Assembly (NCBI GenBank): GCA_030018915.1
Contig: JASEHE010000003.1
Coordinates: 1-43,429 of the forward strand
DNA: 43,429 bases
Source: Verrucomicrobiota bacterium
GTDB lineage: Bacteria; Verrucomicrobiota; Kiritimatiellia; UBA8416; SLMC01
Reading direction: 5' to 3'
Positions 1 through 8,197 of the stretch are shown one piece after another (the stretch's first letter is position 1; every line of letters starts with the position of its first letter). The notes beneath the pieces were generated by a model. It saw only the letters and a program-made list of their open reading frames with translations, was not told where the DNA came from and searched no databases. A program made the translations under genes and the position numbers.

Positions 1-174
1 CGCACAGAGCGGCACTGAGGGCGATGCATGGAAAAGACGTGCAAGATTCAGGTGGCTAGTTGATCCGCGCTGGGCATTGCATGGCGCAGGAAGCCTCGTC
101 CGGCCCCCTTGCGTCCGGCTTGTTCCAGTGCCAGGAAACTTGGGAGCCGACAAAGCCAAAGCATCAAGAACGCC

Positions 175-618
175 TTATGGAAGACCAAAGCGGGGATTTC
201 CGGCTTCTGGCGCTGATCGCTGAGGCCGGCAAGTTCCCGATTCAGCTTGAATATCTTCTGCCCATATGCAAGCGCCCTGGAAAGCAAGATGCTGCTCCTT
301 GGCGAGACGTTTCCACGCTTCCTGACTGATCTGGTCCAGTAACGATCGGGCCTCTTGATAGGCCTTGATCCAACGGTGAACCATTCCTTCCCGATGTTTG
401 GCGATATGTTTCATCCGCGTCTTGCACTTCTGAGTGATGCCAAGATACCAGGATAGATGCTTCTGATCCTCCCTGGCGCAGCGACAGTTGGGGTTCCCGC
501 AGCGTCGCGCCATCTGAATGAATGAACCGTGAACCATGCCGTCAGCCTGATCCAGCAGCTTGCGCAACTGGCTGCGGGCGGCACGATCGGCGGCGGACAA
601 TCCTCTGCGATGTTTCAT
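175..618 (-). CDS. Small DUF6788-like protein with a Cys motif
   Basis: Starts at the internal ATG (MKHRRGLSAADR...) of ORF 175..777. The pattern ...GSFIQMARRCGNPNCRCAREDQKHLSWYLG...TRMKHI... matches my recollection of DUF6788 (CGKxxCxCxxxxxxHGPYW-type). The last ~45 aa after ...KRLAKEQ look unrelated, so the true 3' end or frame is uncertain. Confidence 0.5.
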   Translation of the reverse strand: MKHRRGLSAADRAARSQLRKLLDQADGMVHGSFIQMARRCGNPNCRCAREDQKHLSWYLGITQKCKTRMKHIAKHREGMVHRWIKAYQEARSLLDQISQEAWKRLAKEQHLAFQGACIWAEDIQAESGTCRPQRSAPEAGNPRFGLP

Positions 619-651
619 TGCCGACCTCCTTGTGTTGCTCGATTGGCCGTA

Positions 652-671
652 TGATATATCATAATATATCA
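652..671. promoter_or_regulatory. AT-rich palindrome or operator-like element in a divergent intergenic region
   Basis: TGATATATCA is a perfect 10-bp palindrome (652-661), followed by a second TATATCA. This is a sharp AT-rich island in GC-rich DNA, ~35 nt upstream of the minus-strand ATG at 618 and in the spacer to the plus-strand ACT gene. Confidence 0.3.
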
Positions 672-899
672 GATTAGCGCAACAAAAAAGAAACCAGGCG
701 AATGCGAATTTGCTCAAGGGGATGCCATAGGCGCAAAAACCGGCCAGAACAGCCTCTACGTGCGCCCCTCTCCGCACGCTATCCCGCCAGCTTTAGGAAC
801 TACTGAGTTCTCCACATGTTACAATTCCTTTGCGTTTTTCCGGCAAGCTCGTTATGCTGCTCATCAGAAAACAGCGGATACTCGGACGGAGGCCATACA

Positions 900-1310
900 A
901 TGATCAAGACACAGTTCACGCTCTACGTGGAGAACAAACCCGGCGCGCTGGCGGCCATCACCGGGAAGCTGGCCGCGAAGAAAATCAACATTGACGGCAT
1001 CTCGGTCTCCGAGAGCACCGACGTCGGCCTGGTCCAGGTGGTCGTGGATCATGCGGATGCCATGCGGAAGGTTCTATCCGGCATCGGGGTGCCGTTCACG
1101 GTCCAGGACGTCGCATTGCTGACGCTTCGCAACAAGCCGGGCGCGCTGTCCGACGTTGTCTCGAAGCTGGCCGCAGCCAGGGTGAACGTCAATTACGTGT
1201 ACGCCACCGGCTGCACCTGCGCGAACGATCACTGCGGCTGCTACGCCATCATCAGCGCGCCGGACCTTCAAGCGGTCGAGAAAGCCTGGAAGACCGTGAA
1301 CAATCGCTGA
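900..1310 (+). CDS. Tandem ACT-domain protein
   Basis: ATG at 900 lies 7 nt after GGAGG. Two ACT-like halves are present ([26 protein letters not shown]... and [26 protein letters not shown]...). Confidence 0.75.
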   Translation: MIKTQFTLYVENKPGALAAITGKLAAKKINIDGISVSESTDVGLVQVVVDHADAMRKVLSGIGVPFTVQDVALLTLRNKPGALSDVVSKLAAARVNVNYVYATGCTCANDHCGCYAIISAPDLQAVEKAWKTVNNR

Positions 1311-1821
1311 ATTCACAGCCACAGTAGTCCTGCCGGTAGAGGCCGTAGAGGCGGCTCAACACCGCGTTGCGCTGGAAGCCTCCCTGTTTCTTGAAGTCAT
1401 ATTTCAGGAACGGTCCCTGGGCCTTGCCGATCCGGAAAATCACGGCCGAGCGCTTGCGCGGGCTCACTGTCAGCGTCGTGGTGAACAGGCCGAACCCATG
1501 CTCCCTGGCGTGGGCCGCGGCGCGGGCAAGGTTGAACTCGAAGCACTTCTCACAGCGTTTCCCCTCTTCCGGTTCCTGCTCCAGGCCGCGGATGTGTGCC
1601 AGCCAACCGGTATGGTCGTAGGCGTCGGCAGTGAGGGGGAGCCCGAGTCGCGCGGCCAGCCCACGGGCGGCCGCGAGGCGCCCGTCGTATTCCTCCGGCG
1701 GCCACACGTTTGAGTTCGAGAAGAAAAGCGAGACATCAAACTCGGCCCGTAAGCGCTCGATCGGCGCCGTCGCGCAGGGTGCGCAACAAACGTGGAGGAG
1801 AATGGTCGGGCGGTGGGTCAT
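1252..1821 (-). CDS. queH: Epoxyqueuosine reductase QueH (DUF208)
   Basis: [20 protein letters not shown]...[11 protein letters not shown]...[12 protein letters not shown] carries the characteristic QueH Cys motifs. It is the 3' part of the chimeric ORF 1252..2604. Its 3' end overlaps the convergent ACT gene by 59 nt. Confidence 0.85.
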   Translation of the reverse strand: MTHRPTILLHVCCAPCATAPIERLRAEFDVSLFFSNSNVWPPEEYDGRLAAARGLAARLGLPLTADAYDHTGWLAHIRGLEQEPEEGKRCEKCFEFNLARAAAHAREHGFGLFTTTLTVSPRKRSAVIFRIGKAQGPFLKYDFKKQGGFQRNAVLSRLYGLYRQDYCGCEFSDCSRSSRLSRPLEGPAR

Positions 1822-1865
1822 GAAGTCGGGAAGATGCGGAAATCTTTGAACACATGAACCGACCT

Positions 1866-2526
1866 TCATCCTGTTTCTCTCCTCTGTCCCATGGATTCCA
1901 GCAGTTCCTCCGGCGAGCAGGTGGCAGTGCCCAGCTTGCCCACGACGACGCCTGCCGCGTGGTTTGCCAGCGACGCGAACTCGTAGTAGCTTGCTCCGGC
2001 CAGGAGCCCCAGCATGGCCGCCGCAATCACAGTGTCGCCGGCGCCCGTGACGTCGAATACTTCCTTCGCCTTGGTAGGCAAATGCCGGGGCGGATGGCTC
2101 CGGCTCAAAAGGCACATTCCGTGGGCGCCCAGCGTGATCATGAGGTAATCGCAGTTCCATTTGCGCTGGACCTGCGCTCCCAGCCGGTCCAGCTTCTCGA
2201 ACGTGGCGCGGTCTTCCTTTAGGTAAAACTCCGGCGTGGAAACCGACGAACAGGCTTCCTTGTGATTCGGTGTCGCCGGTGTCAGCCAGAGCCTGGATGT
2301 TGGCCGCAACGTTCGCCGCGCCGCCGAGCCGGTAGTATTCGTCGGTGACTTCCACCACCGGCACTGGGGCCTCGGGCGAAATCCGGTGGACCTTGCCGCA
2401 GATGTACTTGTCCAGCATGATGTCGCCCACCACAAGAACGGTTTTGTTCTTAAGGGCGCCCAGGATTCGTCGCGCGTCGTTTGCGTTGGTCACTCGTTGT
2501 TCTCCGGTTCGGTCCGTCGTGCTCAT
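1866..2526 (-). pseudogene. Decayed rfaE/hldE-type sugar kinase (ribokinase fold) with an internal deletion and frame change
   Basis: N-terminus from ATG 2526: [12 protein letters not shown]...[31 protein letters not shown]...[16 protein letters not shown]. The C-terminal part is in another frame and runs to the stop at 1866: ...TPNHKEA...[13 protein letters not shown]...[22 protein letters not shown]...[14 protein letters not shown]. Roughly 100 residues of the middle of the fold are missing, with the junction near 2283-2295. Confidence 0.7.
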
Positions 2527-3248
2527 GCGTCGCCGGTTTCCGTGCCGGCGGGCCGCCACGGGGAGCGGCGCGGGCCGAAAAGCGCGGTCCCCAGCCGGAC
2601 CCACGTGGCGCCTTCAGCGACGGCTGCCTCGAAATCGTCGGACATGCCCATGGACAGCTCGTCCAGCGCCGTGCCGGTCGCCGCGCGGAGCGAATCTCGC
2701 AGTTCGCGGAGCCGCCGGAAGAATGGGCGGGCGTCCTCGGCCTCACGGCTGAACGGCGGAATCGTCATCAGGCCGACCACGCTCGCGCGCATAAAGCGGT
2801 TCGCTTGCTCGATCAATTCGCGCGTGGCTTCGGGCGCCACGCCGAACTTGGAGCCTTCCCCGGAAACGTTGACCTCGATGCACACGGGCATCATCACGCC
2901 TTGAGCCTCGGCCGCGCGGTCAATCGCTTCCAGCAGCCGCAACGAATCCACCGAATGAATCATACGGAACAGGCTGACGGCGTCCTTGGCCTTGTTGCGC
3001 TGCAAATGCCCTACCATATGCCATTCGGCGTCGCCCGGGCAAAGCGGAATCTTGTGCCCGGCCTCCTGGACCCGGCTCTCGCCGAAAACCCGCAGGCCGC
3101 ATGCGAGGGCCTCGGCGATCGCCTCGGGCCCGAACGTCTTGGCGACGGCCACGATCCGGACGCCGGCCGGATCGCGGTTGGCACGCGCGCAAGCCGCCGC
3201 CAGGCGTTCTTGAACGCTCCGAACTCGATCTGCGACACTGTCCGGCAT
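2523..3248 (-). CDS. yggS: YggS-family pyridoxal-phosphate homeostasis protein
   Basis: Family motifs: [10 protein letters not shown]...FGESRVQE...[13 protein letters not shown]...IHSVDS...[14 protein letters not shown]...GLMTIPP...[11 protein letters not shown]...[13 protein letters not shown]. The stop overlaps the ATG of the kinase remnant (ATGA at 2523-2526). Confidence 0.9.
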   Translation of the reverse strand: MPDSVADRVRSVQERLAAACARANRDPAGVRIVAVAKTFGPEAIAEALACGLRVFGESRVQEAGHKIPLCPGDAEWHMVGHLQRNKAKDAVSLFRMIHSVDSLRLLEAIDRAAEAQGVMMPVCIEVNVSGEGSKFGVAPEATRELIEQANRFMRASVVGLMTIPPFSREAEDARPFFRRLRELRDSLRAATGTALDELSMGMSDDFEAAVAEGATWVRLGTALFGPRRSPWRPAGTETGDA

Positions 3249-3302
3249 CCGTAACCCTCACGACACCAACCGACCACCGATTACCGACCACTTCTTCCAC
3301 GG

Positions 3303-3896
3303 CTATGCCTGCTGTCGCCCCTGGATCGCCTTGGCCAGCGTCAAGGGGTCGGAATACTTGATCCCGCTGCCGGCCGGCAGGCCGAACGCGAGGCGGGTCA
3401 CCCGGATCGGCCGACCCTTCAGCAGTTCCATGATGAAGCTTGCGGTCGTATCGCCCTCTACGTCCGTGCTCAGGGCCAGGATGACCTCCTTGAAGCCTTC
3501 GCGGTCCAGACGCTGGGCCAGGGTCCGAAGCCGAAGGTCAGCTGGCCCTTCGCCCTTCATAGGCGAGATTCTGCCCATCAGGGCATGGTACCGCCCGCGA
3601 AAGGCGCCCGACCGCTCGATGAGCGCGATGTCGTCCGGTTCTTCGACGACGCAGAGCGCGTCGGAGTCCCGGCCGGGATCTGAGCACAGCCGGCATGGAT
3701 TCCGGTCCAGCGGTGTAACGCTGCCGCAGAGGCCGCATCCACAAAGGCTGTTCCGGGCCGCCTCCAGCGCCTCGACGAGTTCCTTCATGATCCCGTCCCG
3801 GTCACGCGCCAGCCGCACCGCGATGCGCTCCGCCGAGCGGCGGCCGATGCCAGGCAGCCGGCTGAGCGCTGACAAAAGCCGTTCGAAAGCGGTCAT
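3303..3896 (-). CDS. recR: Recombination protein RecR
   Basis: Starts at the internal ATG (MTAFERLLSALSRLPGIGRRSAERIA...). Contains the C4 zinc finger CGCGLCGS...CRLC and a Toprim-like LCVVEEPDDIALIERSG...GRYHALMG segment. Confidence 0.93.
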   Translation of the reverse strand: MTAFERLLSALSRLPGIGRRSAERIAVRLARDRDGIMKELVEALEAARNSLCGCGLCGSVTPLDRNPCRLCSDPGRDSDALCVVEEPDDIALIERSGAFRGRYHALMGRISPMKGEGPADLRLRTLAQRLDREGFKEVILALSTDVEGDTTASFIMELLKGRPIRVTRLAFGLPAGSGIKYSDPLTLAKAIQGRQQA

Positions 3897-3908
3897 ATTC
3901 CCTTTCGC

Positions 3909-3953
3909 GGAAACTGAAGACTCGTGGAAGCCGGAAACTGGAAACTGGATTCC
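3909..3953 (-). repeat. 7-nt tandem repeat patch (minus strand CAGTTTC CAGTTTC plus degenerate units)
   Basis: The plus strand reads ggaaact gaagact ... ggaaact ggaaact ggattcc. It lies 13-57 nt upstream of the recR start, in the ybaB-recR spacer. Confidence 0.5.
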
Positions 3954-3989
3954 TCTGAAAGCAAAGCGGGCCGCTGCCCGCAACCTAAG

Positions 3990-4061
3990 CTTTGTCGCGA
4001 GCCTTGCTGCGCCTCGCCGAAGCCTCCTGGCGAAGGCGGATCGACAAAGCTCGCGACAAAG
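3990..4061. repeat. Long imperfect hairpin (REP-like) in the ybaB-recR spacer
   Basis: Outer stem CTTTGTCGCGAGC (3990-4002) pairs perfectly with GCTCGCGACAAAG (4049-4061). An inner stem pairs CGCCTCGCC with GGCGAAGGCG with one bulge. CGACAAAG is also directly repeated at 4042 and 4054. Confidence 0.5.
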
Positions 4062-4088
4062 GGGCAGTCGAAATCTTCTTGTTTTTCA

Positions 4089-4400
4089 TTACTGAATAAG
4101 ATTCCCAAGCCCCAGGGCGCCGGCCATTTTGGACATTTCGCCGCCGGCTTTCTTCTTGGCAGCCTTGAGCGCCCCGTTCACCCCGGCCACCAGCAGCTCC
4201 TGCAGGCGCGCCACGTTTGCCGGATCCACCGACTGCGGATCAATCGCGATGCTCTCGATGGACATGTCGCCGCGGGCAACGACCTTCACCCGGCCCCCGC
4301 TCACGGAATACTCGACGGTCTTCTTTTCCAGCTCGGCCTGAATTTCCCGCATCTCGCGGCGCATGGTCGCCGCCTGCTGCATCATCTTCAGCACGTTCAT
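4089..4400 (-). CDS. ybaB: YbaB/EbfC nucleoid-associated protein
   Basis: Starts at an internal ATG: MNVLKMMQQAATMRREMREIQAELEKKTVEYSVSGGRVKVVARGDMSIESIAIDP...LQELLVAGVNGALKAA. Sits in the conserved dnaX-ybaB-recR order. Confidence 0.9.
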   Translation of the reverse strand: MNVLKMMQQAATMRREMREIQAELEKKTVEYSVSGGRVKVVARGDMSIESIAIDPQSVDPANVARLQELLVAGVNGALKAAKKKAGGEMSKMAGALGLGNLIQ

Positions 4401-4498
4401 GTCTTCTCCTCGCTCTGATTGCGGGCCAAGCCCGCGCGATCGAACCCGCGGTTTTCCGCTTCCGGGCCCGGCGCGCGCGGTTGCCGCGCAACGCCTTA

Positions 4499-4536
4499 CC
4501 CCGCATATTTCACGCTCCCGCGTGAAATATGCGGGG
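4499..4536. terminator. Perfect 17-bp-stem palindrome between dnaX and ybaB
   Basis: CCCCGCATATTTCACGC tccc GCGTGAAATATGCGGGG. There is no flanking T or A run, so a terminator role is only a guess. It could equally be an RNA processing or stability hairpin, or a protein-binding site. Confidence 0.4.
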
Positions 4537-4569
4537 CGCCGCCATCGGCGGCCTGACGCCGGGTCCGCG

Positions 4570-6246
4570 TCAGGCGCGCACGTCCAGAATCTTGCCCTTG
4601 AACGTCTCCAGCGTTTTCCGGACAGCCGGGTCGTCCAGCAGTTGCTTAGCCGACTGCCCTTTGGACGGGTTGGTGGGGACGGTGGCCGGCGACTCGCCGT
4701 CCGGCGACCGGACCACGAACTCCGCCGTGACCGCGCGGCGCAAGACCTCCTGCAGACCATGCTCGACGGCCACCCTGTTTCGCTGCGCCTTGAAACTGTC
4801 GAGTTCACCGGCAAACTCCGGCTCGAACGCGATCACCACTTTCTCAGCGGCGACGCGAAGCGGCAGAGCGTCTTTGAGCAAATGTTGAATGCCGCCGCCG
4901 ACTGCTATGCGGCCGGCGGCAGCCAGGACATCGTCCCAGTGCTCGCGCAGTTTCGCGAGTTCGTCGGCGTTGCCGGATTCCGGTTCGGCCCGCGCCGCGC
5001 CGCCCGGCGCGGGCGAAACCGGCGGCTCGGTCATGGGCTTCTGGTCCGCGCCGGACGAACGCAGTCCCAGGTTGAGTTCTTCCGCTGGGGCGGGACCGCC
5101 GTTCGATTCCTGGCGCAGTTCGTTGATGCGCGCGAGAATCTCCTCCAGCGTGGCGACACTGACCGCCCGCGCGCAGCGGATGAGCGCGGTCTCCAACAGA
5201 GTCCGCCGCGACAGCGCGTAGCGCATCCGCTCTTCGACGTCCGTCAGAATGCCGACGATCCGCAGCGCGCGCTCCATGGTCGTCAGCGCGGCCTGCTTTT
5301 CCAGGACCACCGCCTGCGTCTCCGCCAGATCCTCGATCGCTGCGCCATTCTCCACGCTCAGGAACACCAAGAGGTTGCGGAAATGCTCGATGAGCTCGAA
5401 CACGAGCCGCTGCAGGTCCTTGCCCGATTGATCAATCTCGGCGACCCGGCGAATCAGTTCCGGAATGTCGCCGCGCAGAATTCGGCCGGCCAGTTCTTCC
5501 AGCAGGCTGCGCGAAACCAGGCCGAACACTGACAGCGCGTCCTCTTCCTCAATCGTCTTGCCCTTGAAGGCGATGAGTTGGTCCAGGGCCGATTCCGCAT
5601 CGCGCAGGCCGCCCTCCGCGCTGCGGGCGATGGCCAGCAAGGCGTCTTCGCTGATCGTGACGGCCTCCGCCTTGGCGATGAGTTTCAGGCGCTCGATGAT
5701 CAGGTTCACCGGGATGCGCCGCAGGTCGAAGCGCTGGCAGCGGGAGACGATCGTGGCCAGGACCTTGTGGGGCTCGGTGGTGGCAAAGATGAACCGCACG
5801 TAAGACGGCGGCTCCTCGATCGTCTTGAGCAGGGCGTTGAAGGCCGCCGGGCTGAGCATGTGCACTTCATCAATGATGTATATCTTGTACGGCCCGCGGG
5901 CCGGCGCATACTGGACCGTGTCGCGAAGGGCCCGCACCTGGTCCACGCTGTTGTTGGAGGCGCCGTCAATTTCCATGACGTCCAGGCTGGTTCCAGCCGC
6001 GATCTCGCGGCAAGCGTCGCAGGCGTCGCAGGGGGTCACGGTCGGCCCTTTATGGCAATTCAGCGCCTTGGCCAGAATCCGGGCCACCGACGTCTTGCCC
6101 GTGCCGCGGGGCCCCACGAAGAGATAGGCGTTTGCCAGCCGCTTGGATCGGACCGCGTTTCGGAGCGTCGTGGTAACGTGCTCCTGTCCGATGACGTCGT
6201 CAAACTGCTGAGGACGCCATTTTCTGGCTAGAACTTCGTATGCCAT
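4570..6246 (-). CDS. dnaX: DNA polymerase III subunit gamma/tau
   Basis: Motifs: MAYEVLARKWRPQQFDDVIGQEHV...YLFVGPRGTGKTS (Walker A)...CxxCxxC zinc module...IYIIDEVHML...SRCQRF. Confidence 0.95.
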   Translation of the reverse strand: MAYEVLARKWRPQQFDDVIGQEHVTTTLRNAVRSKRLANAYLFVGPRGTGKTSVARILAKALNCHKGPTVTPCDACDACREIAAGTSLDVMEIDGASNNSVDQVRALRDTVQYAPARGPYKIYIIDEVHMLSPAAFNALLKTIEEPPSYVRFIFATTEPHKVLATIVSRCQRFDLRRIPVNLIIERLKLIAKAEAVTISEDALLAIARSAEGGLRDAESALDQLIAFKGKTIEEEDALSVFGLVSRSLLEELAGRILRGDIPELIRRVAEIDQSGKDLQRLVFELIEHFRNLLVFLSVENGAAIEDLAETQAVVLEKQAALTTMERALRIVGILTDVEERMRYALSRRTLLETALIRCARAVSVATLEEILARINELRQESNGGPAPAEELNLGLRSSGADQKPMTEPPVSPAPGGAARAEPESGNADELAKLREHWDDVLAAAGRIAVGGGIQHLLKDALPLRVAAEKVVIAFEPEFAGELDSFKAQRNRVAVEHGLQEVLRRAVTAEFVVRSPDGESPATVPTNPSKGQSAKQLLDDPAVRKTLETFKGKILDVRA

Positions 6247-6642
6247 CGGTAAACCTTCTCAACAGCACAATGGCGCAAAATCTACACGTTTCCGTCCGGC
6301 TTTGACAAGCCCCAAGGCTGTTACCCAAATGCGCATAACTGCCGAGCGCCCCACGCGACAGCATGCGGCCACGGCTCGGCTGGCCGTCGTCGCGCCGAAG
6401 CGGCGCTATGCTGCGCCGCGAATGCGGAAGGCCTCGCCCTGTCTGACGACCCACCCTGGTTCGTATAGTATTGCAGGTAGGACGAGCCATCCTCGGCGAG
6501 CTGTGGCTACAGGGCGTCGCATGAAAGACCGCGAATCGGCGCGCTTGACTGCGAGCATGTTTCATATTACGTTCAAAACCAATTGAACGACGGTGTCGCG
6601 TTTCGGTGAGTCACAGCATAATGCGCGGGCACGGAGTGTGAT

Positions 6643-8172
6643 TTGAGGTTCCTGGATACTCTCCTGAGCTGGGCCGGGTTCGTCATGCTCGCCGCCGTTG
6701 CGCTGATTTCTCCCTGGCTCTTCGGGGCGTGGGAGATGTGGTGGTTCTGGCCTTTCGCGGTCCTCCTTTTTCTCTCGACCGCCTTCTTCGGGCTGCGCTG
6801 CCTGATCTGGGGAACTGAGCGACGCCGGCGACGCTTGCCCGCCGATAGGCTGGACTGGTCGCGCCGGTTGGCGGTTGACGTGTCGGACGAACCGTCGGCG
6901 CCGGCGTATCGGGTCCGGTTTCCCGGGATGGCTCTCTGGGCCGTGCTGAGCGCCGCGCCGTTCCTGGTCTACGCGTTCGCGCGGTTTCAGCAGGCGCCGG
7001 TCTTCATGGACGCCGAGCGGAGTTTCCTTCGCTACCTCACGCCCTACTTACTGGGGTTGCAGGTTATCTGCGGCTTCGACCGCCGGCAGCAGCGGATGCT
7101 TTTCGCCCTCTTGCTGACCGATCTCCTGCTGCTGGGCGGGTACGGTATCGTCAACCACTTCACGACCGGCAACGCGATGGCGCTGTGGAGGCCGGGCTAT
7201 CCGCAGTACCAGATCGGGACGCTGCGCGCCACGGGCTCATATTTTTGTCCGGATCATTTTTCCGGGCTCATGGAACTGGCGATTGCGGGCGCGGCAGGTC
7301 TCCTGCTGGCGCGCGAACGTGGCTGGCCCTGGAAACTCGGGGGGCTGCTGCTGCTCGGCGTGGGGCTCGTCGGCGTGGCGCTCAGCAAATCCAGGGGTGG
7401 CGGTCTGACGATCTTGGCAATGAGTCTGGCCGTGACGGTCTGGGGTTTTGGCCAGTGGCCGCCGCCGCAGCGCTGGTACGGCCGGTTGTGCCTGCTTTCC
7501 GCGCTGGCGATCGGGCTGGTCGCGTTCTGGCAGTTCGGGCAGACTTACGTGGAGCGCTTCACGAGCGCCGAGGGCTGGGGCGGCGGGGCAGTGCGGGGCG
7601 ATTCCTGGGCCGAGACCAAGACCCGTCTGATCGCCCGCGCGAATATGACCTCCCGGGGCATGATGATTGCCGGCGCGATCCGCGCCTGGAAAAGCAGTCC
7701 CGTGGTCGGCATCGGACCGGGCATGCACCAGAACCTCTGGCCGCATTTCGCCGCCAGCCCGGACGGGAACCGGGATATGGGCATCTGGCCCAGCCTGCCG
7801 TGCAACGACTTTCACTCCTACGAAGCGCACAGCGATTGGGTCCAGTTCCTCGAGGAATATGGCGCCGTTGGGCTCGGTCTTTTCGCGATCCCGATCTGCG
7901 CATGGTTCGCCATTCTTCTGGTCGGTCTGCGCCGCGAGCGCCTCGCGCGAATGGCCAACGACTGGGACAAAACGGACCATGAGGATCACGCCGCGCTGCT
8001 GGCCGGCCTGCTAGCGGCCGTGGCCATGGGGTTTCATTCGCTGGGCGACTTCAACCTGCAGATTCCGGCCACCGTCTGGCTACTGGCCGCGTTCGTGGCT
8101 CTGGCGCTCGCGCGCGTGATCAGGACTTACCCAGATCCCGTCCGGCCCGCGGCAGAGGACGACGACGCGTGA
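6643..8172 (+). CDS. O-antigen ligase / Wzy_C-family polytopic membrane protein
   Basis: Many predicted TM helices, with LSKSRGGGLTILAMSL and ...GIGPGMHQ...HSYEAHSDWVQFLEEYGAVGLGLF typical of the family. The TTG start at 6643 lies 6 nt after GGAG. An alternative ATG is at 6682. Confidence 0.72.
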   Translation: MRFLDTLLSWAGFVMLAAVALISPWLFGAWEMWWFWPFAVLLFLSTAFFGLRCLIWGTERRRRRLPADRLDWSRRLAVDVSDEPSAPAYRVRFPGMALWAVLSAAPFLVYAFARFQQAPVFMDAERSFLRYLTPYLLGLQVICGFDRRQQRMLFALLLTDLLLLGGYGIVNHFTTGNAMALWRPGYPQYQIGTLRATGSYFCPDHFSGLMELAIAGAAGLLLARERGWPWKLGGLLLLGVGLVGVALSKSRGGGLTILAMSLAVTVWGFGQWPPPQRWYGRLCLLSALAIGLVAFWQFGQTYVERFTSAEGWGGGAVRGDSWAETKTRLIARANMTSRGMMIAGAIRAWKSSPVVGIGPGMHQNLWPHFAASPDGNRDMGIWPSLPCNDFHSYEAHSDWVQFLEEYGAVGLGLFAIPICAWFAILLVGLRRERLARMANDWDKTDHEDHAALLAGLLAAVAMGFHSLGDFNLQIPATVWLLAAFVALALARVIRTYPDPVRPAAEDDDA

Positions 8173-8197
8173 GCTGCTTGCAAAACTTTGTTTGCGG

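Noticed and set aside
1252-2604. 450-aa ORF from the track taken as one protein
   Set aside because: It is a chimera. Only residues from MTHRPT... onward are QueH. The N-terminal part reads the start of the kinase remnant in frame and the remainder of it out of frame.
4570-6246. Programmed -1 frameshift site in dnaX (A AAA AAG type) producing the gamma subunit
   Set aside because: I did not see an A-rich slippery heptamer in the coding strand. The longest A run I noticed is GGAAAAGC.
6247-6642. Possible SRP (4.5S) RNA upstream of dnaX, as in some Firmicutes-type arrangements
   Set aside because: I could not find the domain IV core (GGUCAGGUCCGGAAGGAAGCAGCC-like, a GNRA-capped helix with an AGCA bulge) on either strand. 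The GUCAGAC...GCAGCA fragments on the minus strand do not fold into the required helix.
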